Of a DNA stretch of 64,000 nt, positions 1-7,981 are shown in pieces. How positions within the stretch are numbered: position 1 is the stretch's first letter; the number at the start of each line of letters is the position of its first letter. The stretch lies in the NCBI GenBank assembly GCA_035545935.1, contig DASZXP010000227.1:655-64654 (forward strand), written 5' to 3'. Both the position numbers and the translations under genes were made by a program. The notes under the pieces were generated by a model. That model made no database searches. It was given only the letters and a program-made list of their open reading frames with translations, and was not told where the DNA came from. Origin of the DNA: Puia sp. GTDB lineage: Bacteria; Bacteroidota; Bacteroidia; Chitinophagales; Chitinophagaceae.

Positions 1-359
1 AGCGCTACATCCAATGTCACACTGATACCACCCTGAAGGTCCAGACCCAGCAGCAGTTCGCTCTCCTTCGACTTCTGATAGGTAGTGCCCCACCAGGTGA
101 TCTTGGTCTCCTTCGTGCTATCTAACAGCTCGCGCTTGCGTTGATTGACCAGCTCATCCAGCGTATCCTGATACAATGCTCTCGCTTCTTTGTCGGTGGG
201 ATATTTTTGGGCGGCACTGACGGGGTATAGCCGATGCACATAGCTCTTGGCTTTGGCATCCATTTCCGACTCGTGTTTGTTGACAAACCAGGTGAAGGAT
301 AATTGGTACAGTGAAATGGCGATCAATAAAGCAGCAAAAATACTTACCAGTGCTCTCAT
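1..359 (-). CDS. secDF: Protein translocase subunit SecDF, 5' part (runs off the window start)
   Basis: Translated by hand (absent from the ORF track because no stop is in the window): MRALVSIFAALLIAISLYQLSFTWFV...LLLGLDLQGGISVTLDV. It has an N-terminal TM helix and the SecD LGLDLQGG motif. Confidence 0.9.
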   Translation of the reverse strand, partial: MRALVSIFAALLIAISLYQLSFTWFVNKHESEMDAKAKSYVHRLYPVSAAQKYPTDKEARALYQDTLDELVNQRKRELLDSTKETKITWWGTTYQKSKESELLLGLDLQGGISVTLDVA

Positions 360-389
360 TTGGAAGTTTCGTTTGTTTTTTAGGAATCG

Positions 390-397
390 CAAATATA
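390..397 (-). promoter_or_regulatory. Bacteroidota sigma70 -7 element (TATATTTG) for secDF
   Basis: Exact TAnnTTTG match on the minus strand, 30 nt upstream of the secDF ATG. Confidence 0.6.
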
Positions 398-484
398 GGT
401 TTTAGTTTAGCAGAATGGCAAAAATGGGGGCCCAAATCAGGCAAATTATGCAAATTATTTAGGGGAGAACTCCTGCCTTATGTA

Positions 485-492
485 TACCTTTG
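485..492 (+). promoter_or_regulatory. -7 element (TACCTTTG) for aspC
   Basis: Exact TAnnTTTG match 34 nt upstream of the ATG at 527. Confidence 0.6.
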
Positions 493-526
493 CGCCGCAA
501 TTCTGTGTAATATATCTATATAAACT

Positions 527-1714
527 ATGCAATTATCATCCATTCTGTCCCGGTTTGCCGAACCGGAGACCCTGAAAATGGCCAAGCTGGGCCGCGAGTT
601 GAGAGCCAAAGGCATCGACGTTATTGATCTTAGTCTGGGAGAGCCCGATTTTGACACCCCCAAGCATATAAAGGATGCCGCGAAAAAGGCCATCGATGAT
701 AACTGGAGCCATTACACCCCCGTATCCGGCTACCTGGATCTGCGCGAGGCCGTCTGCACCAAGTTCAAGAGAGATAATAACCTGGATTACAAGCCCGAGA
801 ACATAGTCGTGAGCACGGGCGCCAAGCAATCCCTGGCCAACGTGATCCTGGCCCTGGTCGACGAAGGCGACGAAGTCATCATCCCCACCCCTTACTGGGT
901 CACCTACTCCGAGCTGGTAAAGATCGCCCGGGGCAAGGTCGTGGAAGTGCACACGTCCTCCGACACCTTCAAGATCACACCCGCCCAGCTGGAAGCCGCC
1001 ATCACTCCCAAAACCAAAGCGTTCCTCTTCTCTTCGCCCTGTAACCCTTCCGGGGCCGTATATAGCCGGGCGGAGCTGGAAGCCCTGGCCGCCGTCTTCC
1101 GCAAACACCCCAATGTCGTTATCCTCTCCGACGAGATCTACGAATACATCAACTTCACCGGCAAGCATGAAAGCATCGCCCAGTTCAGCGACCTGAAAGA
1201 CCGGATCGTGATCATCAATGGACTCAGCAAGGGATTTGCCATGACAGGATGGCGTCTGGGTTATACTGCCTCCAATGTGGAGATAGCAAAGGCCTGCGAG
1301 AAGCTGCAGGGACAATTCACCAGCGGCACCAACTCCATCGCTCAGAAATCCGCTGTCGTAGCGCTGACCGCCGACCTTACCCCCAGCATGGACATGGTAA
1401 AGGAATTTACCGATCGCCGGAAGAAAACGCTCGAACTCGTAAAAGCCATTCCCGGTTTGAAATGTTTCGAACCCCAGGGAGCATTCTATATCTTCCCGGA
1501 CGTATCCGCCTACTTTGGGACATCCGATGGGACCACTACTATTACGAACTCCGCCGACTTCAGCATGTACCTGCTCAATACGGCCCACGTCTCTTCCGTA
1601 ATGGGAGATGCGTTTGGCGAACCCGCCTGTGTACGCTTCTCGTTTGCCAACAGCATGGGCAACATCGAGAAAGCATGGGCCAGGATCAAGGACGCGCTGG
1701 CTAAGTTGAAATAA
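527..1714 (+). CDS. aspC: PLP-dependent class I aminotransferase (aspartate aminotransferase)
   Basis: 395 aa with LSLGEPDFDTP, SPCNPSG, DEIY and the PLP-lysine motif SKGFAMTGWRLGY. Confidence 0.9.
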   Translation: MQLSSILSRFAEPETLKMAKLGRELRAKGIDVIDLSLGEPDFDTPKHIKDAAKKAIDDNWSHYTPVSGYLDLREAVCTKFKRDNNLDYKPENIVVSTGAKQSLANVILALVDEGDEVIIPTPYWVTYSELVKIARGKVVEVHTSSDTFKITPAQLEAAITPKTKAFLFSSPCNPSGAVYSRAELEALAAVFRKHPNVVILSDEIYEYINFTGKHESIAQFSDLKDRIVIINGLSKGFAMTGWRLGYTASNVEIAKACEKLQGQFTSGTNSIAQKSAVVALTADLTPSMDMVKEFTDRRKKTLELVKAIPGLKCFEPQGAFYIFPDVSAYFGTSDGTTTITNSADFSMYLLNTAHVSSVMGDAFGEPACVRFSFANSMGNIEKAWARIKDALAKLK

Positions 1715-1723
1715 AGAAATAGA

Positions 1724-2323
1724 TTATAACGCTGCTGCCCGTTGCAGCAGCTGTTCGTGAAGGGACAGCACCTGGGATATCACCGGGTGCTGTTCGTCGT
1801 TATAGATCACCGCATCGCACAGCTTCATCTTGATATCTTCATCGATCTGGTTCTTCATGCGCTGCAGGACCTCGTCGCGGGTGAGCCTGTCGCGTTGGAG
1901 GACGCGATGCATCCGAAGGGCAGGGGGAGCATATACCCCGATGACAAAATCGAGATGCCGCACCGAGTCGCTCTCGAAGATCAGGGCCGCTTCGCGGATG
2001 GCATAGGGCGCGCGACCCGCCTGCTGTTCCATCCATCTCTCCCCCGCGGCAATGGTGGCCGGATGGACCAGGGAATTCAATAACGCCAGCTTTTCCTTGT
2101 CGGTGAAAACCTGCGCTGCCAGGTAGGGCCGGTTCAGCTCCTGGCCAAGATAGGCTTCCGTTCCGAAATGATCGATGATCTGCTGCCGGAGCACAGGGTC
2201 TTCCGTCATGACCTTTTTGGCTTCCCGGTCGGCATAGGCTACGGGAATGCCCAGCACCTCGAAGACGCCGGCCACCGTGCTCTTGCCGGATCCGATCCCG
2301 CCTGTAAGCCCGACCCTGAACAT
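1724..2323 (-). CDS. coaE: Dephospho-CoA kinase
   Basis: Walker A GLTGGIGSGKST, plus LNSLVHP and EAALIFE motifs; 199 aa. Confidence 0.95.
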   Translation of the reverse strand: MFRVGLTGGIGSGKSTVAGVFEVLGIPVAYADREAKKVMTEDPVLRQQIIDHFGTEAYLGQELNRPYLAAQVFTDKEKLALLNSLVHPATIAAGERWMEQQAGRAPYAIREAALIFESDSVRHLDFVIGVYAPPALRMHRVLQRDRLTRDEVLQRMKNQIDEDIKMKLCDAVIYNDEQHPVISQVLSLHEQLLQRAAAL

Positions 2324-2336
2324 AATAGTATAATGT

Positions 2337-2358
2337 AAAAGCCCCGCGGGAGCGGGGC
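2337..2358 (-). terminator. Intrinsic terminator after yajC
   Basis: Minus strand reads GCCCCGC-TCCC-GCGGGGC-TTTT, starting 6 nt after the yajC stop. Confidence 0.6.
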
Positions 2359-2364
2359 CGTTAT

Positions 2365-2712
2365 TTATTTTTTATCCGTTGTGGCCGGTGCGGCTGCTTT
2401 GTTCAGACTCTGTGTCCACTCGATGGAAACAGCGGTTTTCTCTATCTTCAGATAGCTGCCCGGGCTCGTCTCGATCAAAAGGGTCGTATCGTCATTTACC
2501 TTATTCACCGTACCGTGAATGCCGGCGATGGTCACGATCTTATCTCCCTTCTGCAGCTCTTCCTGGAATTTCTTGGCCAGCTTGGCTTTCTTTTGTTGCG
2601 GACGTATCATAAAGAAATAGAACACCAGGACCATACCGCCTAATAAGAACAGCATGGAATTGTTGCCTGCCGCTCCCGGAGCTCCTTGTAATAAAACCAC
2701 TAATTGAGTCAT
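2365..2712 (-). CDS. yajC: Preprotein translocase subunit YajC
   Basis: FYFFMIRPQQKK and LQKGDKIVTIAGIHGTV motifs. Confidence 0.95.
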   Translation of the reverse strand: MTQLVVLLQGAPGAAGNNSMLFLLGGMVLVFYFFMIRPQQKKAKLAKKFQEELQKGDKIVTIAGIHGTVNKVNDDTTLLIETSPGSYLKIEKTAVSIEWTQSLNKAAAPATTDKK

Positions 2713-2745
2713 GTCTATGGATGTTTGTTTGAAAGAATTTATTTC

Positions 2746-3174
2746 CTACGAAGCTTTTTTCTCTACCTCAACGACAAACTGCAAGGGGTGAGGCGAATTC
2801 TTCATATTGGCGAAAACATTCAGCGTCTTATGATTGATGCCTGACCGGCCCTTGCTGTTGAAGGTGGCCTTGATCTGTCCTTCCGAGCCGGAGGCGATGG
2901 CTTGCGTGGGCGTCTCTGCCACCGTACAGCCGCAGCTGGGTTGCACCTTTGCGATCAGCAGGGGCTTACTCCCCGTATTGCGGAATCGGAAAGACACTTC
3001 CAGCAGCTGTCCTTCCTGGATCTTGCCGAAATCCCTGGTGGAATCCAGCCATTCCACCGTAGTGAACTGCGTGGAGTCGACGGTAGTGCCGGTAGCAGCC
3101 GTCGCCTTTTTTTCATCATTTTGGCAGCTGATCAGCAGAACAGCGGCAAATAAAATGCTGGTTATTCGGAGCAT
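2746..3174 (-). CDS. DUF1573 family lipoprotein (Ig-like)
   Basis: Likely start MLRITSILFAAVLLISC (lipobox) rather than 3273, which overlaps nusB. Contains DFGKI...FRFRNTGSKPLLI..VQPSCGCT. Confidence 0.85.
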   Translation of the reverse strand: MLRITSILFAAVLLISCQNDEKKATAATGTTVDSTQFTTVEWLDSTRDFGKIQEGQLLEVSFRFRNTGSKPLLIAKVQPSCGCTVAETPTQAIASGSEGQIKATFNSKGRSGINHKTLNVFANMKNSPHPLQFVVEVEKKAS

Positions 3175-3188
3175 GGGTGATTTTTTTG

Positions 3189-3196
3189 CAAACCTA
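3189..3196 (-). promoter_or_regulatory. Internal -7 element (TAGGTTTG) overlapping the nusB stop codon
   Basis: Exact TAnnTTTG match 14 nt upstream of the DUF1573 ATG. Confidence 0.4.
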
Positions 3197-4123
3197 AGGG
3201 TTTGCCTTGAAATTGATCTTATGCATTTTTTCGTCCCGTACCAGATCCTTATGGATATTGTCCAGGATGCCATTCACGAACTGACCGCTTTGAGGGGTGC
3301 TATACTCCTTGGCCAGATCGATATATTCATTGATGGTCACCTTGGGAGGGATGGTCTCGAAATAAAGGAACTCCGAAACACCCATCTGCATCAGGATCAT
3401 ATCCAGGGTGGCGATCCGCTCCGGGTCCCAATTCTTCAGCTTGGGCTTGATCAGGTCCATCAACACGTCCTTTTTCTCCATCACCGTCTGGAGAAGCCCC
3501 CTGGCAAAATCTAATTTATCCTTGCTGATGATCTCCTGGAAATTGATGGACTGCGGCTTGTTGATATAACCCATGACCAGCTGGCTGACCATTTCACCAT
3601 CGTCGTCCCAATTGGTGAACAGCTCTTCGACATGATTCTCGAAGGTGGCATTGGGCAACATCAGACTCGTGAAAATAAATTCCAGGATGCCTTTTTCGGA
3701 CTTTTTATCCCTTCCCGCCTCGTGGATGTATTGTTTGTACTCTTCCGTAGCGACCAGCTCCTGGTACAGACGCTTGATCAGCTCCTTATTATCCTGCAGA
3801 TGGGGCTTGTCGGCGCCCACCGCCTTTTGCCAGCTGGCATCCTCCAGGATCCTCCAGAGATATTCGTTGCCCGCCAGCTTTATATTGACGTTGAGATCTT
3901 GTTCGTTGGGTAGGTGCTTGGAGGATCGAACCCGGCTGTCCGTCTCAGCATAACGGGCCACTTCGGTAACGAAATAGATGAGATAGGAAAGTAGCTGCCT
4001 GGTCTGGTCAAAATGTTTCTGTAAGATCCGTACGTGTTCGCCCGGCTTGACGGTCTGCTCCTGTGCTTCCAGGGTATATAAGGTCTGCATCACTTTTACC
4101 CTGATATTTCTTCTGCTGATCAT
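3194..4123 (-). CDS. nusB: Transcription antitermination factor NusB (long Bacteroidota type)
   Basis: MISRRNIRVKVMQTLY start and C-terminal WDPERIA..D...INEYIDLAKEYST..SGQFVNGILD. Confidence 0.93.
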   Translation of the reverse strand: MISRRNIRVKVMQTLYTLEAQEQTVKPGEHVRILQKHFDQTRQLLSYLIYFVTEVARYAETDSRVRSSKHLPNEQDLNVNIKLAGNEYLWRILEDASWQKAVGADKPHLQDNKELIKRLYQELVATEEYKQYIHEAGRDKKSEKGILEFIFTSLMLPNATFENHVEELFTNWDDDGEMVSQLVMGYINKPQSINFQEIISKDKLDFARGLLQTVMEKKDVLMDLIKPKLKNWDPERIATLDMILMQMGVSEFLYFETIPPKVTINEYIDLAKEYSTPQSGQFVNGILDNIHKDLVRDEKMHKINFKANP

Positions 4124-4149
4124 TATAATAAGAACTTTGTTAGCGGCTG

Positions 4150-4157
4150 CAAATATA
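4150..4157 (-). promoter_or_regulatory. -7 element (TATATTTG) for the nusB operon
   Basis: Exact TAnnTTTG match 26 nt upstream of the ATG. Confidence 0.6.
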
Positions 4158-4200
4158 CGGATTTACCGGCTCAGGGATAAAATTTAAAAACCCCCAAATC

Positions 4201-4216
4201 CATTGTCATGATAATG
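4201..4216. promoter_or_regulatory. Imperfect 16-bp palindrome, candidate operator
   Basis: CATTGTCATGATAATG has one mismatched pair and lies in the divergent nusB/4355 intergenic region. Confidence 0.3.
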
Positions 4217-4291
4217 TCGTATTTAAGGTATCCGGCGGTTGTTGATCACGGCGCGCCCAGCTAAATCTACTCATTCCTACAAGCACCCTAT

Positions 4292-4308
4292 ACGGACCGG
4301 AGGTCCGT
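4292..4308. repeat. REP-like 17-bp hairpin copy
   Basis: ACGGACC-GGA-GGTCCGT, intergenic. Confidence 0.75.
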
Positions 4309-4354
4309 CGTCTAAATACAATTCAGGTATTCACAAACTATTAATCTTTTTGAC

Positions 4355-4726
4355 ATGAAAAAGAAAATTGTCCTTTGGACAGTATCCATCTTTTGCGTGC
4401 TGGCGTCAGCATTGGCTATACACATCTACATCGTCACACGCCCCAAACCCGTGGACGCCCACACGCGGGCCATGGCCCGCATCGATATCCGGCAATCTAT
4501 CACGCAGGCGGATGCCGACAGGATCACCACCTGGCTCTATCGCCAAAAAGGGGTAGACCGTGTGCTGGTCAACCCCGTCAGCTCCATCGTGGTATTTACT
4601 TTTTTTCCCATCAAGACCAACGCCAGCCAGGTAGTCAGCGACTTCAGGACGGATCTGCCCTATAAGGCGCAACGCTTCCTGCCCACCGAAGCCGCGGTGC
4701 GGAGCGGATGCCCGCTCGGATATTAG
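4355..4726 (+). CDS. Membrane-anchored hypothetical protein, HMA-like fold suspected
   Basis: 123 aa with an N-terminal TM helix, a beta-alpha-beta pattern (ARIDI...ADRITTWL.RQKGVDRVLVN) and C-terminal SGCPLGY. A-rich start context. Confidence 0.6.
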   Translation: MKKKIVLWTVSIFCVLASALAIHIYIVTRPKPVDAHTRAMARIDIRQSITQADADRITTWLYRQKGVDRVLVNPVSSIVVFTFFPIKTNASQVVSDFRTDLPYKAQRFLPTEAAVRSGCPLGY

Positions 4727-4730
4727 CCCA

Positions 4731-4747
4731 ACGAGCCACAGACCCGT
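4731..4747. repeat. Degenerate REP-like hairpin copy
   Basis: ACGAGCC-ACA-GACCCGT inside an outer CCA/TGG stem. Confidence 0.5.
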
Positions 4748-4782
4748 TGGACGTACATTTTTACAAACACAAAAATTGAAAT

Positions 4783-5343
4783 ATGCAAATCAGAAAGAAC
4801 TTAGCAATGCTAACAGCCGCCCTTGGGCTCACAGCCACCGTATTCATAGCGCAGTCCTGCAGCAAAAGCAAGTCGCCTGCCAAACAGACGCTCTATGACT
4901 CCCTGGGCGGAACGGCCATGGTAGCCGACCCTGCCAATTCGGGTCAGATGATCGAGAAGGGGAGACTGGGACTTCGTTCCGTAGTGGACAGCGCCATCTT
5001 TGTCATTGCCGTGGACAGCAAGATCAATAAGTATTTCCAGACACTGCTGACGGAGGTGGGGAACAGTAACTTCACGGGATTCAACGCCCTCAGCAAGAAC
5101 CTCACCGACTTCTTCTGTGTGGCCACTGGAGCCCGGCATTTTACCTACTCGGGAAAGAACATGCATGACGCCCATGATCCCGCCACCAACTCCCGGATGA
5201 ATGGAAAGGTGGACAGCGACGATTTCGACCAGTTTGTGGCTGACATAGTGGTAGCTGCCAAAAAGAACGGCCTGTCGGACCAGCTGATCGGCCAGGTGGG
5301 GGTAGTGATCTATTCCGTCAAAGGTGTAGTGGTTCAGATGTAA
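4783..5343 (+). CDS. Group I truncated (2/2) haemoglobin, lipoprotein
   Basis: TLYDSLGG, YSGKNMHDAH (proximal His F8) and DDFDQFV motifs; signal peptide ending AQSC. Confidence 0.8.
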   Translation: MQIRKNLAMLTAALGLTATVFIAQSCSKSKSPAKQTLYDSLGGTAMVADPANSGQMIEKGRLGLRSVVDSAIFVIAVDSKINKYFQTLLTEVGNSNFTGFNALSKNLTDFFCVATGARHFTYSGKNMHDAHDPATNSRMNGKVDSDDFDQFVADIVVAAKKNGLSDQLIGQVGVVIYSVKGVVVQM

Positions 5344-5360
5344 ATTTCCCGTGATAGACG

Positions 5361-5388
5361 AAACCCTGCCGAAAGGCGGGGTTTTTTT
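5361..5388 (+). terminator. Intrinsic terminator after the globin gene
   Basis: AAACCCTGCC-GAAA-GGCGGGGTTT running into a T tract. Confidence 0.85.
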
Positions 5389-5536
5389 ATTTTCCCCCAT
5401 GGCCGGCCGCATCTCGGCATATCCCGGTATGGCCCCTGACAAACAGCCCGTTACGTCCCTGCAAAAATGGCATATCCATTCCGGCACCCTACCCGGCACT
5501 TTAACAAATCTGTAAAAATGACCTGCTTTGATGCTT

Positions 5537-5560
5537 TGGTACAAAATTCGCCTAACTTCG
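5537..5560 (+). promoter_or_regulatory. groESL promoter region: sigma54-like -24/-12 and sigma70-like -7
   Basis: TGGTACAAAATTCGC has GG-N10-GC spacing (5538-5551), followed by TAACTTCG (5553-5560), a one-mismatch TAnnTTTG. Confidence 0.4.
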
Positions 5561-5618
5561 CCGTCCGAACTTTTCATCGGACAATCTTTTTCAAAAAAAC
5601 CAATAAAATAAGACGACT

Positions 5619-5900
5619 ATGGGCAAAAAGTTAAACGTTACCCCGCTTGCTGATAGGGTAATAGTGAAGCCAGCTCCCGCTGAAGAAAAAACTGCCGGTG
5701 GCATTATCATTCCTGACACAGCCAAGGAAAAACCGCAGCGCGGTACGGTTGTGGCCGCAGGTCCTGGCAAGAAAGACGAGCCGGTGACGGTGAAGATCGG
5801 TGACACCGTCCTCTATGGCAAATATGCCGGTACGGAGATCCAGATCGAAGGCGACGACTTCCTGATCATGAGGGAGTCCGACATTCTTGCTATCGTTTAA
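5619..5900 (+). CDS. groES: Co-chaperonin GroES
   Basis: [24 protein letters not shown] and ESDILAIV motifs. Confidence 0.98.
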   Translation: MGKKLNVTPLADRVIVKPAPAEEKTAGGIIIPDTAKEKPQRGTVVAAGPGKKDEPVTVKIGDTVLYGKYAGTEIQIEGDDFLIMRESDILAIV

Positions 5901-5911
5901 TTTATTACCGA

Positions 5912-5940
5912 ACGGACCAACGGTCCGTCGGCCGAAGGCC
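5912..5940. repeat. REP-like hairpin plus GAA-loop mini-hairpin between groES and groEL
   Basis: ACGGACC-AAC-GGTCCGT followed by GGCC-GAA-GGCC. Confidence 0.75.
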
Positions 5941-5997
5941 AATCACAAATATTTTTAAACATCACTCTCCGAAAAGGAGAGCTCAATCGAAATAATC

Positions 5998-7635
5998 ATG
6001 GCAAAACAACTTTTCTTCGATATCGAAGCCCGCAACAGAATGAAGAAGGGCGTTGATACCCTGGCAAATGCTGTTAAGGTTACATTAGGTCCCAAAGGAC
6101 GTAACGTAGTATTGGAAAAGAAATTCGGCGCTCCTTCCGTAACGAAGGACGGCGTCACTGTAGCAAAAGAAATAGAGCTGGAAGATCCCATCGAGAACAT
6201 GGGCGCCCAGATGGTGAAGGAAGTCGCTTCCAAGACGGCCGACATCGCCGGTGACGGTACTACTACCGCTACCGTGCTGGCACAAGCCATCATCAGCGAA
6301 GGGCTGAAGAACGTAGCGGCAGGCGCCAATCCCATGGACCTGAAGCGCGGCATCGACAAGGCTGTCGAAAAAGTAGTGGCTAACCTCAGCAGCCAGTCCC
6401 AGACCATCGGCAACGACAAGAACAAGATCGAGCAGGTAGCATCCATCTCCGCCAACAACGACAACGCCATCGGCAAGCTCATCGCACAGGCTTTTGGCAA
6501 GGTAGGCAAGGAAGGCGTTATCACCGTCGAAGAAGCAAAAGGCACCGACACTACCGTTGACGTAGTAGAAGGTATGCAATTCGACAGAGGATATCTCTCC
6601 GCCTATTTCGTTACCAACAGCGAAAAGATGGAAGCCGAGCTGCAGAATCCCTATATTCTTATCTATGACAAAAAGATCTCCGCTATGAAGGACATCCTTC
6701 ATATCCTGGAGAAAGTAGCGCAGAGCGGCCGTCCGCTGCTCATCATCGCGGAAGACCTCGAAGGCGAAGCGCTGGCTACCCTGGTAGTAAACAAGCTGCG
6801 CGGTACGATCAAGGTGGCTGCTGTAAAGGCTCCCGGCTTTGGCGATCGTCGCAAGGAAATGCTCCAGGACATCGCTATCCTCACAAAGGGCATCGTTATC
6901 AGCGAAGAACAGGGTTACAAGCTGGAAGGCGCCGACCTGAACTATCTGGGATCCGCTGCCAGCGTCACCATCGATAAGGACAACACTACCATCGTAGGCG
7001 GCAAGGGCAAAAAGGATGACATCGTTGCACGTGTCAACCAGATCAAAGCTCAGATCGAGACCACTACTTCCGACTACGATAAGGAAAAATTACAGGAACG
7101 TCTGGCTAAGCTCAGCGGCGGTGTAGCTGTACTGTATGTAGGTGCTGCCACCGAAGTAGAGATGAAGGAAAAGAAGGACCGCGTAGACGACGCCCTGCAT
7201 GCCACCCGCGCAGCAGTAGAAGAAGGTATCGTACCCGGCGGTGGTGTAGCATACATCCGCGCCATCGAATCCCTGGAAAAGCTGAAAGGCGCCAACGAAG
7301 ACGAGACCACCGGTATCGCTATCGTAAAACGCGCTATCGAAGAGCCTCTGCGCCAGATCGTGGTGAACAGCGGCATCGAAGGCAGCATCGTGGTACAGAA
7401 AGTAAAGGAAGGTAAAGCCGACTTTGGCTTCAATGCCCGCACCGAAGTATACGAAAATCTTCTGAAGGCCGGTGTCATCGACCCCACCAAGGTAACCCGC
7501 ATCGCGCTGGAAAATGCAGCTTCTATCGCAGGCATGGTATTGACCACTGAATGTGTCATCGCCGACAAGCCTAAGAAAGAAGAAGGTCATGCTCATCCGG
7601 GCGGCGCTCCTGGTATGGGTGGAATGGACTATTAG
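5998..7635 (+). CDS. groEL: Chaperonin GroEL
   Basis: [29 protein letters not shown] and a GGM tail. Confidence 0.99.
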   Translation: MAKQLFFDIEARNRMKKGVDTLANAVKVTLGPKGRNVVLEKKFGAPSVTKDGVTVAKEIELEDPIENMGAQMVKEVASKTADIAGDGTTTATVLAQAIISEGLKNVAAGANPMDLKRGIDKAVEKVVANLSSQSQTIGNDKNKIEQVASISANNDNAIGKLIAQAFGKVGKEGVITVEEAKGTDTTVDVVEGMQFDRGYLSAYFVTNSEKMEAELQNPYILIYDKKISAMKDILHILEKVAQSGRPLLIIAEDLEGEALATLVVNKLRGTIKVAAVKAPGFGDRRKEMLQDIAILTKGIVISEEQGYKLEGADLNYLGSAASVTIDKDNTTIVGGKGKKDDIVARVNQIKAQIETTTSDYDKEKLQERLAKLSGGVAVLYVGAATEVEMKEKKDRVDDALHATRAAVEEGIVPGGGVAYIRAIESLEKLKGANEDETTGIAIVKRAIEEPLRQIVVNSGIEGSIVVQKVKEGKADFGFNARTEVYENLLKAGVIDPTKVTRIALENAASIAGMVLTTECVIADKPKKEEGHAHPGGAPGMGGMDY

Positions 7636-7766
7636 TGGACCACAGGTCCACTGGCTGTAACCGCAAGGTTACCACCGAGGAGGAGCGTGTCAAAGCAGCT
7701 CCGACGAAGGTCTGAGTCATTAGCGGAATTCGCCGAGGGGCGAAATTCCCGATATGGCCCGAAGGC
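7635..7766 (+). repeat. Mosaic of 5-6 short hairpins in the groEL 3' UTR
   Basis: GTGGACC-ACA-GGTCCAC; GTAACC-GCAA-GGTTAC; GGAGC..GCTCC; GAC-GAAG-GTC; GGAATTCGCC-GAGG-GGCG(A)AATTCC; GCC-CGAA-GGC. Confidence 0.65.
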
Positions 7767-7795
7767 GAATTGACAATCAACTCCTTCCAAATAAT

Positions 7796-7824
7796 AAAAA
7801 GGCCTGGCATTGCCGGGCCTTTTT
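7796..7824 (+). terminator. Intrinsic (bidirectional-looking) terminator of groESL
   Basis: AAAAAGGCCTGGCA-T-TGCCGGGCCTTTTT. Confidence 0.85.
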
Positions 7825-7873
7825 GTTGTCCGCCTCCGTTGCCGTGGCAAAGTACCTCCGGCGGACAACAAAA
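7821..7873. repeat. 53-bp element with perfect 14-bp inverted ends
   Basis: TTTTGTTGTCCGCC (7821-7834) and GGCGGACAACAAAA (7860-7873) flank a 25-nt spacer containing TTGCC-GT-GGCAA. Confidence 0.7.
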
Positions 7874-7981
7874 TCTTATGATAGGGTTACCTCGATCTGT
7901 AATGTTTTTTTTTAAGGTCTCGGTGAATGCTTCGCATTTCGGCCAGCCGATCTGTGATCGGCTTTGCTACGTATATATAAT

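Noticed and set aside
154-453. 99-aa minus-strand ORF near the window start
   Set aside because: It is out of frame with secDF (ATG 359), which has the real motifs. It is not a plausible arrest-peptide leader for secDF.
536-1588. 350-aa antisense ORF over aspC, and similar long shadows (35266-36384, 43132-44067, 51411-52625, 11328-12278, 36750-37661)
   Set aside because: They mirror well-conserved genes on the opposite strand, show no recognisable motifs and are expected from GC-rich third codon positions.
5400-5618. CIRCE/HrcA operator upstream of groES
   Set aside because: No TTAGCACTC-N9-GAGTGCTAA or close variant was found.
7635-7766. Group II intron fragment, hammerhead ribozyme or riboswitch in the groEL 3' element
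   Set aside because: No domain V (AGC triad/GAAA), CUGANGA..GAAA core or known aptamer consensus could be placed by eye. Kept only as an unclassified structured element.
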